Of a stretch of 64,000 nucleotides of DNA, positions 10,791 through 23,589 are shown piece after piece. The first letter of the stretch is position 1, and the number at the start of each line of letters is the position of its first letter. The translations under genes were made by a program, and so were the position numbers. The DNA is from Mobula hypostoma (lineage: Eukaryota): the NCBI RefSeq assembly GCF_963921235.1, contig NC_086097.1, positions 231,014,001-231,078,000 on the forward strand, given 5' to 3'. The notes below the pieces were generated by a model that was given only the letters and a program-made list of their open reading frames with translations, was not told the DNA's origin and made no database searches.

Positions 10791-12424
10791 TAGAAACATA
10801 GAAACATAGAAAATAGGTGCAGGAGTAGGCCATTCGGCCCTTCGAGCCTGCACCGCCATTTATTATGATCATGGCTGATCATCCAACTCAGAACCCAGCC
10901 TTCCCTCCATACCCCCTGACCCCTGTAGCCACAAGGGCCATATCTAACTTCCTTTTAAACATAGCTAATGAACTGGCCTCAACAGTTTGCTGTGGCAGAG
11001 AATTCCACAGATTCACCACTCTCTGTGTGAAGAAGTTTTTCCTAACCTCGGTCCTAAAAGGCTTCCCCTCTATCCTCAAACTGTGACCCCTCGTTCTAGA
11101 CCTCCCCAACATCGGGAACAATCTTCCCGCATCTAGCCTGTCCAATCCCTTTAGGATCTTATACGTTTCAATCAGATCCCCCCTCAATCTTCTAAATTCC
11201 AACGAGTACAAGCCCAGTTCATCCAGTCTTTCTTCATATGAAAGACCTGCCATCCCAGGAATCAATCTGGTGAACCTTCTTTGTACTCCCTCTATGGCAA
11301 AGATGTCTTTCCTCAGATTAGGGGACCAAAACTGCACACAATACTCCAGGTGTGGTCTCACCAAGGCCTTGTACAACTGCAGTAGTACCTCCCTGCTCCT
11401 GTACTCGAATCCTCTCGCTATAAATGCCAGCATACCGTTCGCCTTTTTCACCGCCTGCTGTACCTGCATGCCCACTTTCAATGACTGGTGTATAATGACA
11501 CCCAGGTCACGTTGCACCTCCCCTTTTCCTAATCGGCCACCATTCAGATAATAATCTGTTTTCCTATTTTTGCCACCAAAGTGGATAACTTCACATTTAT
11601 CCACATTAAATTGCATCTGCCATGAGTTTGCCCACTCACCCAACCTATCCAAGTCACCCTGCATCCTCTTAGCATCCTCCTCACTGCTAACACTGCCACC
11701 CAGCTTTGTGTCATCCGCAAACTTGGAGATGCTGCATTTAATTCCCTCATCCAAGTCATTAATATATATTGTAAACAACTGGGGTCCCAGCACTGAGCCT
11801 TGCGGTACCCCACTAGTCACCGCCTGCCATTCTGAAAAGGTCCCGTTTATTCCCACTCTTTGCTTCCTGTCTGCTAACCAATTCTCCACCCACACCAATA
11901 CCTTACCCCCAATACCGTGTGCTTTAAGTTTGCACACTAATCTCCTGTGTGGGACCTTGTCAAAAGCCTTTTGAAAATCCAAATATACCACATCCACTGG
12001 TTCTCCCCTATCCACTCTACTAGTTACATCCTCAAAAAATTCTATGAGATTCGTCAGACATGATTTTCCTTTCACAAATCCATGCTGACTTTGTCCGATC
12101 ATTTCACCGCTTTCCAAATGTGCTGTTATCACATCCTTGATAACTGACTCCAGCAGTTTCCCCACCACCGACGTTAGGCTAACCGGCCTATAATTCCCCG
12201 GTTTCTCTCTCCCTCCTTTTTTAAAAAGTGGGGTTACATTAGCCACCCTCCAATCCTCAGGAACTAGTCCAGAATCTAACGAGTTTTGAAAAATTATCAC
12301 TAATGCATCCACTATTTCTTGGGCCACTTCCTTAAGCACTCTGGGATGCAGACCATCTGGCCCTGGGGATTTATCTGCCTTCAATCCCTTCAATTTACCT
12401 AACACCACTTCCCTACTAACATGT
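10791..12424 (-). mobile_element. Young 5'-truncated CR1 LINE with uninterrupted RT ORF and (TTTCTATG)n tail
   Basis: ORF 10888..12462: KSPGPDG, NYRPVSLTS, YLDFQKAFDKVPH, GVPQGSVLGP, KFADD, no stops; AGAAACAT repeats at 10792-10812. The first ~13 codons of the listed ORF are flanking DNA. Confidence 0.96.
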
Positions 12425-12669
12425 ATTATTTGGCCCCCATTGTTTAGTTGGCCTGAAAACAATCAATGTCCATCATGTGAGAGGCACATCTTGGCATTCT
12501 CGCTGTGAAATATTAAAATTGGATGCAAATCTACCACTTCCTTGCCAGTTTTACCTTCACATGCTTTTCACCCATCTCAGACTCGTCTAGATCCATCTAA
12601 GATTGCAGGTATTAGTCCATTTGCCTTACATGCAGAATGATAGCTCTGACTCCTCAAAATTTGTTTTGC

Positions 12670-13090
12670 GCTACCAGGATACTGCCGGGACTGGAGAGGA
12701 CGTCTTATGAAGATAGGTTGATCGAGCTAGGGCCTTTCCCTTTGAAGCGAAGGATGGTGAGAGGTGACTTGACAGAGGTGTACAAGGTGATAAGAGGCAA
12801 AGATAGTCTCACGCTATCCACTCTTTTTTCCAGGACAGAAATGGCTAATACAGAGGTTATAATTTTAAGGCGTTTGGAGGAAAGTATGAGGTCATGTCAG
12901 AGGGAAGTTCTTTACATAGAGAGTGGTGGGTGTGTGGAACACCCTGCGAGAGGTGATGGTAGAGTCAGATACATTTAAGAAACTCTTAGAGAGGCACGTG
13001 GATGAAAGAAAAATAGAGGGTTATAGAGGAGGGAAATGTTAAATTGTTTAAAAGGCTGGCTGAAGGGCATGCACTATGCTATAGTGTTCT
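12670..13090 (+). mobile_element. CR1 3' fragment, decayed
   Basis: ORF 12637..12978: TRILPGLE..SYEDRL..L...RGDLTEVYK. Confidence 0.8.
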
Positions 13091-14127
13091 ACCTTCTTAA
13101 GACTGATTGCCATTTCCCCATTGCTAAGGGTTTGGCATCTGTTGCCCGTTATTATCGGTGGTTTACTTCCTGCGCCTGTCATCTCATTCTACATATTCCC
13201 AGAAACCAACCTCTGGCTTGCCTCCCTCACATATTATTTCCATTCTGTGGGGAGACTAATTCTGCAAGCAGAAAGAGAGCGAGAACTATCAGGAGCTTCT
13301 TTTCCAGCAGAACATCACTCCTAGTGGCTCCTGACAATCCCTTACTCGTCCACTAGCTCCATCCCAGTTGTACTGCCCTGCCACCTCCTGCTCTTGCTAT
13401 CTCCCCAGCTACTGTTCCCAAGTACTTGAGATCCCAAGTGCCTGGCCCAAATCATCCCTGCTCCTTTCACACCTCATTATCTTAGCCCACAGCACCACTC
13501 CAATGGAGTAGCTCCCTGACACTGCTGGAACATTGTGTGTAGGCTTGTACGGGTCAGCAGCACATTGTGGGTCAAAGAGCATGTGCTGTGATGTGCTGTT
13601 CTTCGTCTAGAATAAAGATTAGGAAAGATTTCAATTCTCGCAAAAGAAAATCAGCAATAGTTTGTTAAAGTTGGAAAAATGTGCAAGTTGGAGAGTAGTA
13701 TCACATTCCCACTGAGACAACTTGCAGCTGGGCCTGTACACAGCAGAACATACGTGAATATGGAAACTGGAGGCTATTCCAGTTTGATTTATAAAGATTT
13801 AGAAATTGGGATTAGACACAGCAAATGGCTTTATGTAGTTTACAGCTATCACAATGGTGATCCTGAGTACTGAAGGCACAGTATTATGGTGTTAACATAA
13901 TAGCCTTGTCCACTATTTTGTTAACACCAAGAAACATCCAAAATGCTCACTATGCCCGAAGCAATCTCATGAAGGATCCTACGCACCCTGCTTATGGACT
14001 GCTTGGCATCCACGCCAGGACCTCGATATTCAAAAACAATTACTTCTCCCAAGCCATTAGGCTGAACAAAACCTCCGATTATTAACCCACCCACCACCAC
14101 TAAATACACGTCACCTAGCATCACTTT

Positions 14128-14455
14128 CCCCCAAGAGGACTACAACCTTGTCGGAGGGTTTGGAGGCTCACGTACCTCAATGGCCCGGGGAGTTATGTTG
14201 GCTGGAGCCAGGGCCTTGTGCTTTATTTCTTGGTAGGGTTATCCATGCCAAATATGTCAAAGGGTAGAGGCCAGACTAACAGTGGTCTACCAGTCCCCCC
14301 GATTCAGGGGTACGGATCAGGGCTAAAAACCCTGACTAGTCAAAAAAAAAACGGTTATGGATCATCAATGAAGAATCTTTCTATACAGACAGAGATGAAG
14401 GACCTTCATTGCTGCCCTAAACACCAGCGATGTAACAGGCAGTAAGTAAGCAAGC
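14128..14455 (+). mobile_element. Short non-autonomous retroelement, probably RTE-derived, (GTAA)n tail
   Basis: Shares both ends with 27797-28202 (CCAAGAGGAC..CAACCTTGTC and CCTTCATTGCTGCCCTAAAC..GGCAGTAAG). Confidence 0.7.
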
Positions 14456-14705
14456 AGAATCATTTTATGTACATATAATTAATCTATGTTACAGTACAAA
14501 TTACTTCTACATTGTGCTTTATAGGATTGCCTTCATATTTGTATTTTTGTGGGTTTTTTTGTTTATTGTATTCTTTATGCTGAGTGTGTTTTTATGCTGC
14601 ATCTGATCTGCAGTAACAATCATTTTGTTCTTCTTTACACTAGTGCATCAGGAATGACAACAAACAATCTTGAATCTTCAAAAGATGCAGAAATGTATCA
14701 CTCAC

Positions 14706-14808
14706 CTGTGATGACCCGTGTATCGGGCACCTTTGATGTGCCCAACACCGATGCATCCAGGTGTCGGACATCCTCCTGGAGTTGGAGCTGCAACAAAGCC
14801 TTGTGAAT
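14706..14808 (-). CDS. L3MBTL1: L3MBTL-family exon (103 nt, phase 1 to 2), C2HC zinc finger start: (N)SQGFVAAPTPGGCPTPGCIGVGHIKGARYTGHH
   Basis: TTTCAG acceptor, GTGAGT donor; CPTPGCxGxGH is the MYT1-type C2HC finger that follows the MBT repeats in L3MBTL proteins; phase matches the upstream exon. Paralogue tentative. Confidence 0.92.
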
Positions 14809-14844
14809 CTGAAATTTTAAAAAAAGCCAAATTTGTAACGTTCA

Positions 14845-16310
14845 AAGAACATGGTAACCTGTCTCAATGACTATCGTCCAGTAACGTTTACATCCACTAT
14901 GATAAAGTACTTTGAGAGACTGGGGATAGAACCTATCAGCTCCTGCTTGAGAAGCCACTTGGATTCATTTCAATTTGCCTACCATCACAACAGGTCAACA
15001 GCAGATACCATTTCATTGGTTCTTCATTCAATCCTGGAAAATCTGGACAGCAACGATGCATACATCAGGATGCTCTTTATTGATTACAGCTCAGTATTTC
15101 ATACTATCATCCCTTCAAATTGAATTAATAAACTCAAAGTCCAAGACCTCAATACCTTCTTGTGGAACTGGATCTATGACTTCCTCACCTGCAGACCCCA
15201 GTTAGTTCAAAATGGCAACAACACCTCCTTCACAGTCTCCTAAAGCACAGGTGCACCACAAGGCAGTGTGCTTAACACCCTGCTCATCTCACTTTACACC
15301 TATGACTGTGAGACTAAGCACAGCTCCAACGCCGCATTGAAGTTTGCCAATGACACTACTGTCAATGGCCGAATCAAAGGTGGTGATGAATAGGATGGGA
15401 TTGAAAATCTGGCCGAGTGGTGCCACAACAACAATCTCTCACTCAATGTCAGCAAGATCAAGGAGCTGATTATTGACTTCAGGAGGAGGAAATGGGAGGT
15501 CCAACAGCCAGTTCTCATCAGGGGATCAGAGGTGGAGTGGGTCAGCAATTCGAAATTCCTCAGTGTTCTCATCTCACAGGATCTGTCCTGTGTCCAGCAT
15601 GTTAAGTGCCATTACAAAGAAAGCACGGCAGTGTGACAACTTTATTAGAAGTTTGTGAAAGTTCAGCATGTCGTCTAAAACTCTGATAAACTGCTGTAGA
15701 TATGCAGTGGAGGGTATATTGACTGGTTGTATCAGGGCTTGGTACGGAAACACCGATGTCCTTGAATGGAAAAGCCTACAAAAAGTAGTGGATACAACCC
15801 AGTCCATCACAGGTAAAGCCCTACCCACCATTGAGCACATCTACACGGAGTGCTGTCGCAGGGAAGCAGCATCCATCGTCAAGGACACCCGCCATTGAAT
15901 TCGTACCCCCTTTTCACTGCTGCTATCAGGAAGGTGATACAGAAGCCTCAAGACCCTCGCTTCCAGGTTCAGGTACCCCTCAACCATAGCCCCTTGAACC
16001 AGAGGGATATCTTCACTTGACTCATCACTGAACTGTTCCCACAAGCTATGGACTAATTTTCAAGAACTCTTTATCTCATGTTCTTGATATTTATTGCTTA
16101 TTTATTTATTATTATTAAGTTTTCTCTTTCTTTTTGTATTTGCATGTCTGGCTTTTTTTTGGCACATTGGTTGTCTGTCTGTCCTGTTGGATGCAGTCTT
16201 TCATTGATTTGATTGTGTTCCTTGTACAGGAAGAAAGGAAAGTGAATCTCAGGGTTGTATATGGTGACATATATGTACTTCGATAATAAACTTACTTGAA
16301 ACTTTGAAAC
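14845..16310 (+). mobile_element. Decayed Rex1/Babar-type LINE (RT to 3' UTR)
   Basis: ORF 14851..15123 (LNDYRPV..FQFAY..MLFIDYSS) and ORF 15668..15898; tail AATAAACTTACTTGAACTTTGAA. Confidence 0.85.
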
Positions 16311-16484
16311 TGTAAGCAGTTTAAGATTTTTAGATCACAAGCTCAATATTGTTGATTGATTTCAATTTTGTTAACATCAGATATTGCAATAGGAATCATA
16401 AAATGGAAGGAGCTGGCCAATGCAACATCAGAATTTCAAGTTTGCAAACTGAAATATACCTGAAGAAAAGGGTTCTAGACAGGT

Positions 16485-16680
16485 ACAACTGCACAATCCC
16501 AGTGACATGGGTTTGAGTATGCCTCCGGCACTCTGTGTGTGTGACACTCTGATTTTCCTCTGGGTGCTCCAGTTTCCTCCCACAATCAGAAACACGCTGA
16601 TTAATTGGTTAGCTTGTGACCGTAAATTATCCCTCGTCAAGATGGCTGGTATTAAAATAAGGCAGGAAAATGGGCAAGGT
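16485..16680 (+). mobile_element. V-SINE (HE1-like) remnant
   Basis: V-domain motif TTTCCTCTGGGTGCTCCAGTTTCCTCCCACA. Confidence 0.65.
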
Positions 16681-16684
16681 CATG

Positions 16685-17465
16685 GGAGGGGGAGAGGGAG
16701 ATAGAGATGGATAAAGACAGATAGGTGGGATAGAGGGCTTGAGGGGGACAAGGGGGAAGGGAGAGATAGAGAGGGTGAGGAGGGTGAGGGAGGGATAGAG
16801 AGGGGAGGGAGGTATTGGGAGGGGTTGGGAAAGGAGGGAGTGGGAGCGAGTTGGAGGAAGGGAGGGGTGGGAGGGAGTGGGAGGGAGAATGGTGAGATAA
16901 AGGGAAAGATAGAGGAAGAGACGGAGGGAAATAGAACAAAGGAGATAAAGAGAGGGAAGATGATAAAGGGAGATAGAGGGAGAGATAGATGGGGAGGTAA
17001 AGGGGAGGTAGCTGGGGAGGTGGGAGTAGACGGGGGAGACAGGGTTGGAAGTCAGGAGGGAGGAGATAGGTGGGGGGAGATAGATAGCAAGAGAGAGATA
17101 GATAGCAGGAGGCAGGGAAGGGGATCAAAGGGAGTGAGGGAGACGGTGAGGGAGAGTCAGGGAGGGAGGGAGACAGTTGGGGGTGGGAGTTGGGTGGTGG
17201 GAGATAGAGGGTGGGAGATAGACAGAGGGGGATAGAGGGATGGGATGGCAGGAAAGGGATAGATTGAGGGAGAGAGGGTGATAGATAGGAAATAGAGATG
17301 GATTAAGGGAGATGGATAGAGGGAGGGAGGGAGGAAGGATTTGGCGGAAGGCGATGGCGAGAAGGAGATAGATAGGGGGATAGAGAGGGAGAGAGTAAGA
17401 TAGATAGGAGAGGGACATGGATAGAGGGAGGGAGGAGACAGAGGGAGAGGGATGGGAGGGTGGAG
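16685..17465 (+). repeat. About 780-bp polypurine (GGGA/GATA) low-complexity tract
   Basis: Almost only G and A on the + strand, with scattered T and very few C. Confidence 0.95.
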
Positions 17466-17697
17466 GCTTCACAAATAAATGGAATTATAGGATTACTCTG
17501 TGAACCAACATAGATTCAATGGAGCAAATGGAAACATGAAAAGGAAATATATATATAAAAATGAATAGTTACTTCTGAAAGTGTCAGAACAAGTGTTGAA
17601 TTTTGATTTCGTTTTCATAATTTATAAAAAAAAAGTAGCAGATTAATAAAAGGAAAAAAGGCAAACACTGGAAATCTGAAATAAAAGACAGAAATAG

Positions 17698-19450
17698 TCA
17701 TAGTCATACTTTATTGATCCCGGGGGAAATTGGTTTTCGTTACAGTTGCACCATAAATAATAAATAGTAATAAAACCATAAATAGTTAAATAGTAATATG
17801 TAAATTATGCCAGTAAATTATGAAATAAGTCCAGGACCAGCCTATTGGCTCAGGGTGTCTGATCCTCCAAGGGAGGAGTTGTAAAGTTTGATGGCCACAG
17901 GCAGGAATGACTTCCTATGACGCTCTGTGTTGCATCTTGGAGGAATAAGTCTCTGGCTGAATGTACTCCTGTGCTTACCCAGTACAATATGTAGTGGATG
18001 GGACACATTGTCCAAGATGGCATGCAACTTAGACAGCATCCTCTTTCCAGACACCACCGTGAGAGAGTCCAGTTCCATCCCCACAACATCACTGGCCTTA
18101 CGAATGTGTTTGTTGGTTCTGTTGGTGTCTGTTACCCTCAGCTTGCTGCCCCAGCATACAACAGCAAACATGATAGCACTGGCCACCACAGACTCGTAGA
18201 ACATCCTCAGCATCATCCGACAGATGTTAAAGGACCTCAGTCTCCTCAGGAAATAGAGACGGCTCTGACCCTTCTTGTAGACAGCTTCAGTGTTCTTTGA
18301 CTAGTCCAGTTTATTATCAATTCGTATCCCCAGGTATTTGTAATCCTCCACCATGTCCACACTGACCCCCTGGATGGAAAAAGGAGTTACCGGTACCTTA
18401 GCTCTCCTCAGGTCTACCACCAGCTCCTTAGTCTTTTTCGCATTAAGCTGCAGATTAATTCTGCTCACACCATGTGACAAAGTTTCCTAATGTAGCCCTG
18501 TACTCAGCCTCATCTCCCTTGCTGATGCATCCAACTATGGCAGAGTCATCAGAAAACTTCTGAAGATGACAAGACTCTGTGCAGTAGTTGAAGTCTGAGG
18601 TGTAAATGGTGAAGAGAAAGGGAGACAAGACAGTCCCCTGTGGAGCTCCAGTGCTGCTGATCACTCTGTCGGACACACAGTGTTGCAAGCACACATACTG
18701 TGGTTTGTCAGTCAGGTAATCAAGAATCCATAACACCAGGGAAGCATCCACCTGCATCGCTGTCAGCTTCTCCCCCAGCAGAGCAGAGTGGATGGTATTG
18801 AACGCAATGGAGGAGTCAAAAAAACATGACCCTCACAGTGCTCGCTGGCTTGTCCAGGTGGGCGTAGACACGGTTCAGCAGGTAGACAATGGCATCCTCA
18901 ACTCCTAGTCGGGGCTGGTAGGCGAACTGGAGGGGATCTAAGTGTGGCCCGACCATAGGCCAGAGTAGCTCCAGAACAAGTCTCTCCAGGGTCTTCATGA
19001 TGTGGGAGGTCAATACCACCGGTCTGTAGTCATTGAGGCCGCTGGGGCGCGGCGTCTTCGGCACAGGGACGAGGCAGGACGTCTTCCACAGTACAGGAAC
19101 CCTCCGGAGCCTCAGGCTCATGTTGAATACATGGCGAAGTACTCCACATAGCTGAGGGGCCCAGGCTTTGAGCACCCTGGTACTGACACCATCCTTGCTT
19201 GGGTTGAGACGTTTCAGCTGTCTTCTCACCTGTAGAGCTGTGAAGCCCACCATGGTGGTTTCGTGTGGGGAAGTGGTATAGTTATGAGAGCAGGGTGGGG
19301 GACTGTGAGGAGGGGTAGGAGGGGAGAGTGGAATATGTGTTGGTTGGGGGCTGACAACAGATGGCTCATGTGGGGGATGGGCAGGGGCCACAAAGTCAAA
19401 TCTGTTAAAGAACAGGTTAAGTTCAGTGGCCCTGTCCACACTGCCTTCAT
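17698..19450 (-). mobile_element. Rex1/Babar-type LINE, 5'-truncated, (ATGACT)n tail
   Basis: ORFs 18816..19439, 18455..18757 (TGAPQGTVLSPFLF, QKFSDDS), 17842..18216; candidate TSD GAAATAG at 17691-17697 and 19462-19468. Confidence 0.93.
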
Positions 19451-20790
19451 ATATGAAATATGAAATAGATGAAAATCTCAGGCCAAAGAGAAATAGATTC
19501 TATATTTTATGTCAAGGATCTCTCATCAGAACAGGGAAAAGTTACACAAAATCTAAAGTGCAGATGACGGAGGAGGTACAGAGCAAAAATAAAGATTGAC
19601 AGCAGGAAGACTAAAAAACAAAAGTGAAAATATATAACGTGAAATAGAATGGTTATTGGTTACGAAGACAAAATGTTTAGAGGAATAGCAGAATTATTAC
19701 TTAAAACCAAAGAAAAATTACAAAAGCTTATGCAATTGAGCAGACTAATGCACCTTTGCTGAGATTTTAATGATAAGGTTGGAAGGTCCCAGGTCCTCAA
19801 TCTAGCAGTTTATCTGTGATAGAGCAGCTAATGTTAAAAGAAATCTTTAAACCACATAGCTCCACTACTCTTGGTGAGCAATGAATTCCTACCTGCAGGG
19901 GACCAGACATAAACTATAAAAACACTGGAAGAGTATAATGGAAGGTAAAAGCTTTCAGGCTGACAAAATTTGATCTTCATATAATCATTGAAGCAAATGC
20001 TGCTGGAATAACATCAGACACTAATGTAAATTTTGAATGTCCCTCCCCAGAATATGTAGCAAATGGGTGGGATATTCCTGCATAAACATTTCAGAGGAAT
20101 TCAACTCACTGCAGAGCAGTCAGGAGGAAGGGGAAGCTGCAGGATCATTTACAAACAACATGCTGCATGACGAAAGAATCACTCGTAACAGAGAAATCCA
20201 CGTGAAGGCTGAGAACAGTACAATACAATTCTTAACCAAGTTGACATCAACAGATTTGCAATTCGTGCAGGCAGCGTCACCAAAGGACTAAAAGGCACCC
20301 TGCAAGGATTTAATGATAGTCATGATCCTTTGGAGACTATTCTCATGCTGATTACTGACAGCTGAAAATTTATTTCTGGTCAATGCAGATACCCTGGAGT
20401 ACTTCTGGCTTTTAACTCTGGTGCATGAAAGAAGAGAGGCACTCGCTCTGTCTAAATTCTCATTTCGGTAAAACCAAGATGTTAAATGACCAATTTCTAT
20501 TAAAGGACTTGCGGGAAAATATTTTGCAGCAAGCCTCTACATTCTATATCCCAGGAGTCCAAGGAAGGTGACATGTAAACAAAGCACTAGAATAAGGAGT
20601 GATTGGCAGATGAGGTAACCTCACCATGCAAAATGGCATGGTGATGTTATACCATTTGATCAGATATCAAACTAAATGTTAAGACTTATTTGACTAGACA
20701 GTAAAGTATGTATTATTTGCATAATGCAAAACAAAGGGTATTTTATATATGAGGAAATGTAATCCAAAGAGAGTTTTAAATTTCTCTTAC

Positions 20791-20905
20791 TAAGTGGTGG
20801 TTGCAGCGGGTGATTTGTTTTGGCACACCATCCAGCAGGGTGAAGATCAGGATGATCTGCATCAAGCCAGTAATCATAATGATGACTCCATCCATCAAAA
20901 TGAAT
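20791..20905 (-). CDS. L3MBTL1: L3MBTL-family exon (115 nt, phase 0 to 1), MBT C-terminal half: IHFDGWSHHYDYWLDADHPDLHPAGWCAKTNHPLQPPL
   Basis: Lies within ORF 20672..20926; TTTCAG acceptor, GTAAGA donor; HFDGW...YDYW...HPxGW...LxPP MBT signature. DADHPD and HPAGWC resemble recalled L3MBTL1 most closely. Confidence 0.95.
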
Positions 20906-21644
20906 CTGAAACATAAATAGATGCAATATTTTATTTTATAGACAGCCCCAGTTCCATTGCTGAGAATTGTTTGGAATCTGATCTGGTTCAGTTACTACCC
21001 CTCAACCACCAGGCTCTTGAACAAACTCACTAACCCCATCATTGAAAAGTCCCCACAAACAATGATCTTGCTTTTAAAGTCTCGTTATCTCATGTTCCCG
21101 TTATTTATTGTTATCTATTTATAATTGCGTTTGCACAGTTTGTTGTCATCTGCATTCTGACTGCTCTTTCATTGATCCTGTTATAGTTACTATTCTATAG
21201 ATTTGCTGAGTATGCCCTCAGGAAAATGAATCTCAGGAATGTATATAGTGACACATATGTACTTTGATAATAAAATTTAGTTTGAGCTTTGCTCGTAAAT
21301 CGGAATTGCGTGGGAAGGTATCACAAAACTAGCTGAGTTGGTTGAACTATTAAGCTTAGTACAGCAGCCGCCGTCCAAACTCACTGACTCAGCGAGTGAG
21401 GGAAGAAGTGTACTCAGCTTGTCCCAGGTGTGGCTCGGCCGGGGTGGTGGTGGGGGGGATGTAGGGGTCGGGGAGAGAAGGCATATAGAAATGCTTTGTT
21501 CCCACCCAGCCACCAGCAAACCCAATCCTATCCACCCTGCCCGTTCCCCAAATGTTTGTTCATTTCTATGAAGTATCCTTAGGTTGGGTGTTCATAACCT
21601 GGAGAAGACCAAATTATACCTTTCAAAAAACTTAATACTGTAAT

Positions 21645-22290
21645 ACTTTTTACTTTATTGTTGCCAAACAATTGGCACTAGAACGTACAATCATCACAGT
21701 GATATTTGATTCTGCGCTTCCCACTCCCTGGATTACAAATATTAAATATTAAAAATACTAAAAATAGTAAAAAGTAGTAAACATTAAAAATTTAAATTAT
21801 AAATCATAAATAAAAAATAGAAAAATGGAAAGTAAGGTAGTGCAAAAAAACCAAGAGGCAGGTCCGGGTATTTGGAGGGTACGGCCCAGATCCGGGTCAG
21901 GATCCGTTCAGCAGTTTTATCACAGTTGGAAAGAAGCTGTTCCCAAATCTGGCCGTACGAGTCTTCAAGCTCCTGAGCCTTCTCCCGGAGGGAAGAGGGA
22001 CGAAAAGTGTGTTGGCTGGGTGGGTCATGTCCTTGATTATCCTGGCAGCACTGCTCCGACAGCGTGCGGCGTAAAGTGAGTCCACGGACGGAAGATTGGT
22101 TTGTGTGATGTGCTGCGCCGTGTTCACAATCTTCTGCAGCTTCTTCCGGTCTTGGACAGGACAACTTCCATACCAGGTTGTGATGCACCCTAGAAGAATG
22201 CTTTCTACAGTGCATCTATAAAAATTAGTGAGGGTTTTAGGGAACAGGCCAAATTTCTTTAGTTTTCTCAGGAAGTAAAGGCGCTGGTAA
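21645..22290 (-). mobile_element. Rex1-like LINE 3' fragment (different subfamily)
   Basis: ORF 21897..22127 AQHITQTNLPSVDSLY..F.PLPSGRRLRSLKTRTARFGNSFFP. Confidence 0.82.
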
Positions 22291-22454
22291 ACTTACAGTG
22301 GAAGCGTAAAAGTTTTTAAGTTCGTTATAATTTAGTGAATAAATAGCTGTTGAAAATAATGACAATTTAATTTATTGCAGCTGAAACACATCATGGCATG
22401 ATTTAGTGCCAATGAATTGCAACACAAATATTTGCATCAACCTGATGGCATGAA

Positions 22455-23095
22455 CATCAGAATCAGAATCAGGCTTAATACGTGAAATTTGTTAACTTAG
22501 TGGCAATATGTGATAAGTCAATTATGCTAAGTATATACATTTATATTAAATAGTTAAATTAAAAACAGTGCAAAAACTGAAATAATAGAAAAGTGCGGTA
22601 GTGTTCATGGGTTTAATGTCCGTTTAGGAATCAGATGGCAGAGGGCGAGAAGCTGTTCCTGAATCGCTGATTCTGCCTTCAGGCTCCTGTACTTCCCACC
22701 TGATGGTAACGATGAGAAGGAGGCATGTCCTAGGTGACTGGTGTCCTTAATAATGGAGTCGCTTTTCTGAGGCACTGCTCCTTGAAGATGTCTTGGATAA
22801 TACGGAGGCTAGTACCCAAGATGGAGCTGACTAATTTTACAACTTTCTGTAGCTTCTTTTGATCCTGTGCAGTAGACCCACCCCCCATACCAGTCAGTGA
22901 TGCAGCCTGTCAGAATGCTCTCCAAGGGACATTTGTAGACGTTTTTGAGTGTTTCAGATGACAAACCAAATCTCTTCAAACTCCTAATGAAATATAGCCA
23001 TTGTCTTGCCTTCGTTATTGCTGCATCAATATGTTGGGAGATCAGAGATCTCGACACCCAGGAACTTGAAAATGCTAACACTCTCCACTTCTGAT
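22455..23095 (-). mobile_element. Older Rex1-like LINE 3' fragment, (GATTCT)n tail
   Basis: ORF 22809..23129 KARQWLYFIRSLKRFG..ESILTGCITDWYG; AGAATC repeats at 22459-22470. Confidence 0.75.
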
Positions 23096-23490
23096 CAATT
23101 TCTCTAACTTCTGGTAATTTTTCCCCCATCTCTTCTCTCTTCTTCCGTTCCCCACTCTGGTTCCCCTCTTACCTCTTCTCCTCACCTGCCTATCGCCTCC
23201 CCTGGTGCCCCTCATCCTTCCCTTTAACCTGTGGTCCACTCTCTTCTCCTATCAGCTTCTTTCTTCTTCAGGTCTTTACCTTTCCCACCCACAACCTCCC
23301 AGCTTCTGAATTCATACCTTTCTCCCTCACCTGGCTTCACCTATCACCTTCCAGCTTGGACTCCTCATCTCCCACCCACATCCTTATTCTGTCTTCTCCC
23401 TTCCTTTTCAGTCCTGATGAAGGGTCTCAGGCTGAAACATCGACTGTTTAATCCTGACCTGCTGAGCTCCCCCTGCATTTTATGTGTGTT
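23095..23490 (+). mobile_element. Penelope-like 3' repeat with degenerate hammerhead motif
   Basis: Pyrimidine-rich body, then CAGTC-CTGATGA-AGGGTCTCAGGCT-GAAAC-ATC-GACTG (23409-23446); same layout as the GIY-YIG-linked copy at 31168-31801. Confidence 0.8.
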
Positions 23491-23589
23491 AGTAGTGATA
23501 GAAATTGGAAGGCGGTAGGTGGATGAAGTGACAAGGTGGTGAAGATGATGGAATCTGACAGGAGAGGAAGGTGGAGCATGGAATAAAGG

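Noticed and set aside
10888..12462. 524-aa ORF as a host gene or retron-like RT
   Set aside because: CR1 ORF2 C-terminal part with a CR1 tail; the apparent start comes from flanking DNA.
16652..17472. Pro/Leu/Ser-rich and Gly/Glu/Arg-rich ORFs
   Set aside because: Translations of the polypurine tract.
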